Assembly (NCBI GenBank): GCA_022426245.1 | Contig: JAKMDW010000075.1 | Coordinates: 660-64,659, forward strand | Length of the DNA: 64,000 nt | From: Alphaproteobacteria bacterium | Lineage (GTDB): Bacteria; Pseudomonadota; Alphaproteobacteria; RS24 | Reading direction: 5' to 3' | Notes under the pieces: generated by a model | The model's input: the letters and a program-made list of their open reading frames with translations, nothing else | What the model was told of the DNA's origin: nothing | The model's database searches: none | Part shown: positions 21,922 to 29,883 of the stretch, one piece after another | Layout: each line of letters opens with the position of its first letter | Numbering within the stretch: the stretch's first letter is position 1 | Position numbers and translations under genes: made by a program

Positions 21922-23202
21922 TTAACCCTCAGTGACCAAATCATCTTTCAGATATTTACCGGCGACATAATAATGCCAGCCCGCCCAAACATTGACGATG
22001 GAGCAAATCAGCAGCGCATAGCGCAGGCTCTCCGTGCCATATGTGTCGAACAGTAAATCAGACACAATGCCGACGATTTGCGGGCCAAAACCGAGCCCGA
22101 TAATATTGATGATGAACAGCAAGATACCGGCAGCGACGGCGCGCATCCGCAGCTCTGAAATGCCCTGTGTTTGGCTAAACGTCGTGGCTTGATAAAAATT
22201 ACCCAGCAGCACCGGCACCACCATGCCCAAAATAGAGGCGGTGGCGGTTGCGGCGTTATAGGCCAAGTAATTGAACGGCGTCATAACCACCAGCGCAATG
22301 GCGGTTGTCCACAGATACCATTTCGGATCTTTGGCGCCGAATTTATCGGCCAGCCAGCCGCCTGCCACAATGCCAACACCCCCGGCAACACCCAGCAGCA
22401 AGCCGAACCATGTGCCGACCTCGCCCGTGCTCATGCCGAAAGAGCGAATAAGAAAAGCCGGTGCCCAGGTCACAAAACCATAACCGACAAACGCCGTTAG
22501 ACCGGCGGCAAAGGACATGTGGCGGAAGGATTTTTTGCCCCATAAATAAGTCAATGTCTCTCTGACGCTCGGTTGTTCGCCGCTATCATCGCGTCCTTCA
22601 GCCAGACCGCGCGGCGGTTCCGCCAATGTGAAACGAACGATGAGCGCCAGTAAAATACCCGGTAGGCCGACCAAGAAAAACGCCATGCGCCAGCCGAAAA
22701 GCTCATTAATCCAGCCGCCGGCAAACAGGCCAAACATAATACCAATGGGAATACCCAGCGAATAAATACCCAATGCCGTGGCTCGCTGTTCTGCCGGATA
22801 ATAATCGGCAATCATGGAATGGGCGGGCGGCGAGCAACCGGCTTCGCCAACCCCGACGCCAATGCGCGCAAACAGTAAATGCCAGAAATTTTGCGCCACA
22901 CCGGAAAGCGCGGTGAAGAAACTCCAAATGCCCAGCGCCAAAGCAATCAGATTGCGGCGATTGGAGCGGTCGGCATAGCGCGCAATCGGAATGCCTAAAG
23001 TGGCGTAAAACATGGCAAAGGCAAAGCCGGTCAGCATGCCCATGGCGGTATCGGACAGGCCGAGGTCATTTTTTACCGGCTCCAATAATATCGATAAAAT
23101 TTGGCGGTCGATGAAGTTGAATGTATAAACCACCACCAAAATGCTAAGCGCATAATGACGTGCATTGTAAATTTTTTCTTTTGTTGCTGTCACAGATGAC
23201 AT
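21922..23202 (-). CDS. MFS transporter, spinster family
   Basis: NFIDRQILSIL, FAMFYATLGIP, ADRSNR, RIGVGVGEAGCSPPAHSMIADY. Confidence 0.92.
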   Translation of the reverse strand: MSSVTATKEKIYNARHYALSILVVVYTFNFIDRQILSILLEPVKNDLGLSDTAMGMLTGFAFAMFYATLGIPIARYADRSNRRNLIALALGIWSFFTALSGVAQNFWHLLFARIGVGVGEAGCSPPAHSMIADYYPAEQRATALGIYSLGIPIGIMFGLFAGGWINELFGWRMAFFLVGLPGILLALIVRFTLAEPPRGLAEGRDDSGEQPSVRETLTYLWGKKSFRHMSFAAGLTAFVGYGFVTWAPAFLIRSFGMSTGEVGTWFGLLLGVAGGVGIVAGGWLADKFGAKDPKWYLWTTAIALVVMTPFNYLAYNAATATASILGMVVPVLLGNFYQATTFSQTQGISELRMRAVAAGILLFIINIIGLGFGPQIVGIVSDLLFDTYGTESLRYALLICSIVNVWAGWHYYVAGKYLKDDLVTEG

Positions 23203-23329
23203 GAGGCCCCTCCCAAAGGTTGAGCGCAGAGCCTAACAAAACCCGCTCAAATGAAAAGTACAAATTGAGATTTATCCTTGCTTGCTGCGTTCTCCAGATT
23301 AAACTCTCACCCAGATTAGGGAGAAAAAT

Positions 23330-24523
23330 ATGAGCACGCAAAAAGCAAACCGTGAATTTGACATCATCGTTTATGGTGCCAGTGGATTTACCGGCCGTTT
23401 GGTGGCTGAGTATTTGCAGCAGCAATATGGCCGCAGCGTTAATTGGGCGATGGCTGGGCGCAGCGCAGAAAAGCTGGCTCAGGTGCGCGATGAAATGGGC
23501 ATTGATGCGGCGACGCCGCTGATTACCGGCAATGCCGATAGCGCCGATGATATGGCCGCCATGGTCGCGCGCGCGAAAGTCATTATCACCACGGTTGGCC
23601 CTTACCAGCTTTATGGCGACGCCTTACTGGCAGCATGCGCCGAAGCGGGAACCGATTATGTCGATTTGTCAGGCGAGCCGGGCTGGATGCATGGCACGAT
23701 TGCCGCCCATGACGGCACGGCCAAAGCTTCCGGTGCGCGCATTGTGCATTCATGCGGCTTTGACTCCATTCCGTTTGATTTGGGGGTTTATTATTTACAA
23801 CAAGCGGCACAAGAAAAATTCGGCAGCCCGTGCCGACAAGTGCACGGTCGCGTGCGCGCCATGAATGGGGAGTTTTCAGGCGGCACGGCGGCATCGCTGG
23901 GGGCGACCATGGCGGCGGTTGGCAAAAACCCTGACCTGTTGGGCATTCTCATTAACCCGTTTTCGTTGGCCATGACCGAAAAAGGCGACTTTCAAGGGCC
24001 TGAGCAACCGGCTGATAATGTGCCTTATGAAGATGAGGCGACCGGACAATGGGTTGCGCCATTCATTATGGCGGCCATCAACACGAAAAACATTCACCGC
24101 TCCAATGCGCTATTGGGTCACGCTTATGGGGAAGATTTTCTCTATGATGAAATGATGGTGACCGGTGCCGGTGATGAAGGAAAAGCCATGGCTGATTTTG
24201 TCGCCGCCAATAACCCGCTGGAGGGTGATGACGTGCCGCAACCGGGCGAGGGTCCCGATAAGGCCAGCCGCGAGGCAGGCAATTATGATGTGCTGTTTAT
24301 CGGCATCACGGCCAATGGCGAGCGCATTGAGGCGAGCGTCGGGGGCGATATGGATCCGGGTTATGGGTCGACATCAAAAATCCTGACCGAAAGCGCCATG
24401 TGTTTGCTGCAAGATAGCGATGCGCTTGCCGGGGGCATTTACACACCGGCGCCGGCGATGGGCGACAAGCTCATCAAACGTCTGTGCGATAATGCGGGGC
24501 TGTATTTCCGCATGGGCGCGTAA
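23330..24523 (+). CDS. Saccharopine dehydrogenase-like / trans-acting enoyl reductase family oxidoreductase
   Basis: YGASGFTG, AGRS, TVGPY, YVDLSGE, CGFDSIP, DPGYGST. Confidence 0.9.
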   Translation: MSTQKANREFDIIVYGASGFTGRLVAEYLQQQYGRSVNWAMAGRSAEKLAQVRDEMGIDAATPLITGNADSADDMAAMVARAKVIITTVGPYQLYGDALLAACAEAGTDYVDLSGEPGWMHGTIAAHDGTAKASGARIVHSCGFDSIPFDLGVYYLQQAAQEKFGSPCRQVHGRVRAMNGEFSGGTAASLGATMAAVGKNPDLLGILINPFSLAMTEKGDFQGPEQPADNVPYEDEATGQWVAPFIMAAINTKNIHRSNALLGHAYGEDFLYDEMMVTGAGDEGKAMADFVAANNPLEGDDVPQPGEGPDKASREAGNYDVLFIGITANGERIEASVGGDMDPGYGSTSKILTESAMCLLQDSDALAGGIYTPAPAMGDKLIKRLCDNAGLYFRMGA

Positions 24524-24541
24524 AGCGTGTGCGGTTGAATC

Positions 24542-25534
24542 ATGCCTTTATCGAAAGATAAGTCACCCTATATCGACCCTGATTTGGAAGCCGGTTTGGC
24601 GGTGATGCACGCGCTGACCGGCGGCAATGATTTGACCCAAGACCTTGCGGCGGCGCGCCTTGCCGCCAATGCCCGCGATGAGATGTTATTGGCCAATATC
24701 GAGCGACCGGCAAACATCGCTCAAGGCATGGAGACGGCCAGTTCAGCTGATGGGCATGATATTGACATGCGCATCATGCAACCGACACAAGCAGGCGAAA
24801 AAAAGGTCGGCAAAAAGCCGTTATTTTATTGGATACATGGCGGTGGATATGTTTTGGGGCAAGCCAAACAGGGCGACATTTTTACTCTGCGGGCGGCGCA
24901 ACTGGGCTGTTATGCAGCATCGGTCGAATATCGATTGGCGCCCGAAACCGCCTATCCCGGACCGTTAGAGGATTGCTATGAGGGGCTGAAGCATTTGCTG
25001 GACAATGCCGATGCGTTGGGCATTGATAAAACGCGCATCATTATTGGTGGTGTGAGCGCCGGTGGGGGCTTGTGCGCCGGATTGGCTTTGCTCATTCGTG
25101 ACCGTGGGCTGTGTGCGCCGCTTGGTCAATTGCTGATTTATCCGATGATTGATGACACGAATATAGAGCCGGCCTCTGAGACATTGCCCGACACGCCGAT
25201 CTGGTCGCGTCACTATAATCTGTTTGGATGGCGGAGTTATCTCGGCGATTTGTTTGGCACTAAAGACATACCGATTTATGCCGCGCCGGCCCGGGCCGAA
25301 AATGTCTCGGGTCTGCCCCCGACTTATATGCCGGTTGGGGATTTGGACTTATTCCTCGACGAAAATATTGCCTATGCGCGCAAGCTGACCCGTGCGCGCG
25401 TGCCGACGCATTTTCATATTGTGCCGGGCGCGTTTCACGGCTTTAACGGCTTTGTGCCGGACGCGCCGGTATCGCGCGCCATTAATGGTGAGATTTTCAG
25501 CTATGTCGAAAAGCTGCTGGCTGACGCTGATTAA
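24542..25534 (+). CDS. HSL-family (family IV) esterase/lipase
   Basis: HGGGY oxyanion motif, YRLAPE, GVSAGG nucleophile, D.FLDE, GAFHGF. Confidence 0.92.
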   Translation: MPLSKDKSPYIDPDLEAGLAVMHALTGGNDLTQDLAAARLAANARDEMLLANIERPANIAQGMETASSADGHDIDMRIMQPTQAGEKKVGKKPLFYWIHGGGYVLGQAKQGDIFTLRAAQLGCYAASVEYRLAPETAYPGPLEDCYEGLKHLLDNADALGIDKTRIIIGGVSAGGGLCAGLALLIRDRGLCAPLGQLLIYPMIDDTNIEPASETLPDTPIWSRHYNLFGWRSYLGDLFGTKDIPIYAAPARAENVSGLPPTYMPVGDLDLFLDENIAYARKLTRARVPTHFHIVPGAFHGFNGFVPDAPVSRAINGEIFSYVEKLLADAD

Positions 25535-25547
25535 GCAGCTGCAACCC

Positions 25548-26531
25548 TCAAAGAGCCGCAATCTGGTTTTCAGTCTCATCCCATAATTGCGCCGCCAAGT
25601 CTTGGTCGACCGCCCAAGGGCGCACGCCATTATGGTCTTTGGAATCGCCGGCCACGGCTTCTGCAATATTGCAATCATTTAAATAAACTGCGCCCATGCC
25701 ATTGAGCTTGGGCGAGGTGGCGGCAAACAGCGTTGTGCCCGCGCCTTGCGGCGGCGTTTTGAATCCTGCGGCAGCCATCTCTGATGGCGAGCCATCATCA
25801 TTGGTCCAGCCCAGGGCGACCATTTCCTCATTGGCGAGATGGCGTTGCAATGGCGTAAAAATACCGCCCGGATGCACTGAAAAGCTGCGAATATTGTCAC
25901 TCTTTCCGCGGCGGTCCAACTCAACCGCTTGCAATGCTTTGGCGGTTTTCGATTGGCCGTAAGACTGCCATTTATCGTAAGGGCGGTTTTTGAAATGCAT
26001 ATCGTCAAAATCTATACCGGCAATGCGGTGGCCGACAGATGACAGCAGCACGACGCGCGCGCCGTCTGATTGGCCGGCATTTTTAAGCGCCGGCATCAGC
26101 CCATTGACCAGCGTAAAATGGCCGAAATGATTAATGCCGATCTGGCTCTCAAAGCCCTGCACCGTATGGGCAAGCGGGCAAGCCATCACGGCGGCATTAC
26201 CGATAAGAATATCGAGCTTGTCGTGCCGGCTTAAAAAGTCTTCAGCGAATTTTTTAACTGAGGTCAAATCACCCAAATCCATTTCGTCAATATGGGTCGG
26301 TGCAATGAGCCCATCGAGCATATTGCGGGCTTGGGCGACGCGCCGCGCCGGCACATGCACATGCGCGCCGGCCTTTACCAAAGCACGCACGCTCTCCAAT
26401 CCAATGCCCGAATAGCCGCCGGTCACCAGAACGGTTTTACCGCTCAAATCAATGCCGTTCAGAATTTCATCAGGTTCAGGCCGCTCGCCCATGCCCGTAT
26501 CAATCGGATGTTGGTCTTTTGAAATGCTCAT
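25548..26531 (-). CDS. SDR oxidoreductase (retinol dehydrogenase/WWOX-like)
   Basis: TGGYSGIG, NHFGHF, YGQSK (YxxxK), VHPG; start set at ATG 26531. Confidence 0.9.
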   Translation of the reverse strand: MSISKDQHPIDTGMGERPEPDEILNGIDLSGKTVLVTGGYSGIGLESVRALVKAGAHVHVPARRVAQARNMLDGLIAPTHIDEMDLGDLTSVKKFAEDFLSRHDKLDILIGNAAVMACPLAHTVQGFESQIGINHFGHFTLVNGLMPALKNAGQSDGARVVLLSSVGHRIAGIDFDDMHFKNRPYDKWQSYGQSKTAKALQAVELDRRGKSDNIRSFSVHPGGIFTPLQRHLANEEMVALGWTNDDGSPSEMAAAGFKTPPQGAGTTLFAATSPKLNGMGAVYLNDCNIAEAVAGDSKDHNGVRPWAVDQDLAAQLWDETENQIAAL

Positions 26532-26668
26532 GAATTTATCCCCTCTGCCCCTTATCAGAGCAAATGCCACCATGCGCCGCAAGAGGTTCGCAAAAGATTT
26601 ATCGAAAACGGGCGCTGGACAGGGTTTGTCAGCCTGCTTACTGTTTGCGCCAAATGAGGGAGCAAAAA

Positions 26669-27451
26669 ATGCGAGATTACATTGAGATGAGCCGGTCGGT
26701 TGCCGGAAAAAAAGCCATTATTACCGGCGCGGCCAGTGGTATGGGACGCGCCACGGCGCATTTGCTGGCGCGCGAGGGCGCGCATGTGGCGGTGACGGAT
26801 CTGGATCAGACAGCCTGCGATAAAATCGTTGGTGAGATCGAGGAAGCCGGTTTCAAAACGGCCAAAGCCTATGCGATGGATATGAGCGACAATGCCGCCA
26901 TTGAGGCGACAGCCAAGACGATTATCGATGATTTGGGTGGGTTGGATATTGTCGTCAATAATGCCGGTATGGCGCTTCCTTCTCCGATTGACGGTGATGC
27001 GTATCCGGCGCATTGGGACAAAAGTCTGGCGGTTATGTTGGAAGGCCCGCAAGTGCTGATCCGCGCAACGCTGGCCGCCTTGCGCAGCTCCGACACGCCG
27101 CGCATCGTTAATATCGCCTCCACTGAGGGGTTGGGCGGCAGCGCCGGCAATTCCCCCTATACGGCGGCCAAGCACGGCATTATCGGCCTGACCAAAGGGC
27201 TGGCGATTGAGCTTGGCAAGGAAGGCATTACCGTTAATGCGGTCTGCCCGGGGCCGATTCACACCGGCATTACCGCGCTTATTCCTGATGAGCATAAGGC
27301 GACTTTCGCGCATCGGCGCACGGCACTCAGGCGCTATGGCGAACCGGAAGAGGTGGCGCATATCACCATGTCTTTGTGCTTGCCGGCGGCCAGCTATATT
27401 ACCGGCGTGGCGATTCCGGTCGATGGGGGTATGCGGGCACGCAATAATTAA
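26669..27451 (+). CDS. Classical SDR oxidoreductase
   Basis: TGAASGMG, NNAG, YTAAK, NAVCPG, VDGG; ATG 26669 after GAGGGAG. Confidence 0.92.
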   Translation: MRDYIEMSRSVAGKKAIITGAASGMGRATAHLLAREGAHVAVTDLDQTACDKIVGEIEEAGFKTAKAYAMDMSDNAAIEATAKTIIDDLGGLDIVVNNAGMALPSPIDGDAYPAHWDKSLAVMLEGPQVLIRATLAALRSSDTPRIVNIASTEGLGGSAGNSPYTAAKHGIIGLTKGLAIELGKEGITVNAVCPGPIHTGITALIPDEHKATFAHRRTALRRYGEPEEVAHITMSLCLPAASYITGVAIPVDGGMRARNN

Positions 27452-27484
27452 ATCACGCGCCCGCAATTTCTTACCGGCATTTGT

Positions 27485-28561
27485 CTAAAAGGCTTTTTGC
27501 CAGCCCAGTGTCAGCGTCTCATCGCGCTTCATTTGAATGCCATTAACGTCTTGATATACCGGCATGGTCAGCTCAAGCGCCAGACGGTGGTCGCGCAAAG
27601 CGCCGCTTTGCCCGATAAGGTTAATGCCGAGCGACATATTGGCGAATGTGCCGCCGCTGAAATTGGTTTGCGCGGCTTGCACCGGCAGCGCAATCTGGCT
27701 GTCTTGGCCGTTGATTTTGCCCTGATGCGATGCGTCGAGACGCAGCGATGCGCTGGCCCAGGGGCTAAGGTTCTTCATCGCCCAACCTTGCACTTCCAGC
27801 TTATCACCCAAGCGATAATCTGCGTCACTATCATTCAAACGCATCACCGCATTGGCCTGTGCGCCAACACGCCAGCCGCCCCATTTTTGCCAATCGCCAT
27901 TATAGGTGATGGAGGGTTTGACATCATATGTGCCGGAGCCGAGTTGCATCGGATAGGGCAGACGCTTGGTCATTTTCATATCACTGGCAGGTGTGAGGAT
28001 TTGGCCCGTTTCGTCGATCGAGCCGGTTGGTAAGGACAAAGCAAGGCCATAGTGCCACGCGCCGTTTTTCGTCTCACCGCCGCGCAGCAAGGCACCGATA
28101 ACCGTGTCACCCAGCCCGGCGCTTTTACTGGTGAATTGACCGCGAACCGTATCGCCCATCATGCCTTGATAGGTGGTCAAGGTCATTTCATTGTCAATTT
28201 GCATCAGCATGGCCAGCAGGGTGATATTGTCATTGGGTGCATACATGGCGCCCAACATGGTCATCTCCATCTCCATTTTTTGCGGCACGACGCGCAAATT
28301 GGCAGGCATGGCGTGTTGGTTGGCAACGGCAAGAACCGCCATATCGTCGACATTGTCGCGCCCGTGAATATTGCCTTCCATGCGCATATTCATCTGGCGC
28401 AATGAGACCATATATTCACCGGCTTTGTGCATATGGTCGCCCATCACCATAATCGGTGCATGGCTTTCAGCTGTTGCGGTTGGGGTATGGTTTTCGTCAG
28501 CCAAGCTCAGGCTTGGGGTGGCCAAAATGGCCGTCATTACGATTAGGGATCGTTTCGTCAT
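27485..28561 (-). CDS. Putative outer-membrane beta-barrel with Met/His-rich N-terminal region (candidate metal channel)
   Basis: Signal peptide (..PSLSLA), HAPIMVMGDHMH, MNMRM, MEMEMTMLGAMY, GLGD..., LSLPTG, QLGSGTYD, alternating beta-strand pattern, C-terminal WQKAF. Confidence 0.8.
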   Translation of the reverse strand: MTKRSLIVMTAILATPSLSLADENHTPTATAESHAPIMVMGDHMHKAGEYMVSLRQMNMRMEGNIHGRDNVDDMAVLAVANQHAMPANLRVVPQKMEMEMTMLGAMYAPNDNITLLAMLMQIDNEMTLTTYQGMMGDTVRGQFTSKSAGLGDTVIGALLRGGETKNGAWHYGLALSLPTGSIDETGQILTPASDMKMTKRLPYPMQLGSGTYDVKPSITYNGDWQKWGGWRVGAQANAVMRLNDSDADYRLGDKLEVQGWAMKNLSPWASASLRLDASHQGKINGQDSQIALPVQAAQTNFSGGTFANMSLGINLIGQSGALRDHRLALELTMPVYQDVNGIQMKRDETLTLGWQKAF

Positions 28562-28563
28562 CA

Positions 28564-28606
28564 GACTGTCCTTTCAAAAAAAATAGGGATTTTTAGAAAA
28601 ACAGTC
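28564..28606 (-). promoter_or_regulatory. mRNA hairpin sequestering the Shine-Dalgarno of the beta-barrel gene
   Basis: mRNA GACUGUUUUUC (last codons of the upstream ORF) pairs with GAAAGGACAGUC (contains SD AAGGA, ends 2 nt before AUG 28561); 10 bp with two G-U pairs. Confidence 0.75.
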
Positions 28607-28919
28607 GTGCGGGCGGGCCTCTTGGCGGAACCGGGGCATCGGCGCGAATGGCATGCACGCTATGCCTGAACGGGGTGGGTTGGGTTTCACGATGGTCGGC
28701 GGCCAGTGGCGCCGTATCGGTTTCGGGCAGGGCAAAACCGGCCATCGGGCAGCAATCGGGGCCTTGAGCTCCGGCTGCTGCGCCTTCATCTTCGATATAA
28801 AGTGCCGAAACCGAGCCGTCTTTACAAATCACATGCACATCACCAATGCCGTGACAGGCCGAAGCAGTGACGCTGGAGGCCAGAAATAACGCGGCCAGTA
28901 AGAGGTGCAAAAAACGCAT
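28593..28919 (-). CDS. DUF2946/CruR/CutF-like leader protein with signal peptide, Cys/His motifs and C-terminal RGPP arrest motif
   Basis: MRFLHLLLAALFLASSVTASA signal; CHG, VICKDG, DCCP; C-terminus PVPPRGPPARLFF; 31 bp upstream of an outer-membrane protein gene. Confidence 0.8.
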   Translation of the reverse strand: MRFLHLLLAALFLASSVTASACHGIGDVHVICKDGSVSALYIEDEGAAAGAQGPDCCPMAGFALPETDTAPLAADHRETQPTPFRHSVHAIRADAPVPPRGPPARLFF

Positions 28920-29045
28920 GCGCTTTGACTAGCCGAGATGGCGGCGATTTGCCAGAAAAACCCGCTGCCGAGCAGCCTATTTTCAATATATATACAAAAA
29001 TAAATGTAGAAAATATATTTATGCAAAAAAATATGGAAAATAGCT

Positions 29046-29074
29046 TTGCGAGCGCCTTGGCTTTGCGTTATAAC
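29046..29074 (+). promoter_or_regulatory. sigma70 promoter of fpr
   Basis: TTGCGA-N17-TATAAC, preceded by an AT-rich block. Confidence 0.65.
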
Positions 29075-29101
29075 CGCCGCAAGATTGACAAGGATAGTCC
29101 G

Positions 29102-29878
29102 ATGAGCAATGCACCCAGCGAAGAGAAAGTTTTAAGCGTCGAGCATTATACCGACCGCTTGTTCAAGTTTACCTGCACGCGGCCGCAAAGCTTCCGCTTC
29201 CGTTCGGGCGAGTTCATTATGATTGGGCTGCCCCAAGAAAACGGCAAGCCGCTTTTGCGTGCCTATAGTGTGGCCAGTCCAAATTGGGCCGATACTTTGG
29301 AATTTTATTCCATCAAAGTGGCTGATGGCCCGCTGACCTCCAAGCTGCAAAAAATCACTGAGGGCGATATGGTGCTGCTCGGTAAAAAGCCGGTCGGCAC
29401 TTTAGTGCTTGATGCGCTGAAACCCGGCAAGCGGCTTTATATGTTCTCGACCGGCACCGGTTTTGCGCCTTTTGCCAGCCTGCTGCGCGACCCCGAAACT
29501 TATGAGAAATTCGATGAGGTGATCGTCACCCATAGTTGCCGCGAAGTGGCCGAGCTGGCCTATAGCCGCGCGACGGTGGACGGTTTTTTGAATGACCCTG
29601 AAATCGGTGAATTGGGACGCGGCAAGCTGAAGCTCTATCAAAGCTGCACGCGCGAAGCCTTTGACCATGAAGGCCGCATTACCGAGCTTATCCGCTCGGG
29701 TGCCCTGTTCGATGATTTGGGCGTGCCGAAGCTTGACCCCGCAACCGACCGCGCGATGATTTGTGGCTCCATCGACATGACCAAGGAATTAAAAGGTCTG
29801 ATGGAAGAGCACGGCCTGCGCGAAGGGGCCAATTCCGACCCCGCCGATTTCGTTATCGAACGCGCTTTTGTTGACTAG
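29102..29878 (+). CDS. fpr: Ferredoxin(flavodoxin)--NADP+ reductase, bacterial subclass I
   Basis: RFRSGEF, LLRAYS, GPLTSKL, TGTGFAPF, MICGS, C-terminal ERAFVD; start ATG 29102. Confidence 0.95.
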   Translation: MSNAPSEEKVLSVEHYTDRLFKFTCTRPQSFRFRSGEFIMIGLPQENGKPLLRAYSVASPNWADTLEFYSIKVADGPLTSKLQKITEGDMVLLGKKPVGTLVLDALKPGKRLYMFSTGTGFAPFASLLRDPETYEKFDEVIVTHSCREVAELAYSRATVDGFLNDPEIGELGRGKLKLYQSCTREAFDHEGRITELIRSGALFDDLGVPKLDPATDRAMICGSIDMTKELKGLMEEHGLREGANSDPADFVIERAFVD

Positions 29879-29883
29879 ACAGT

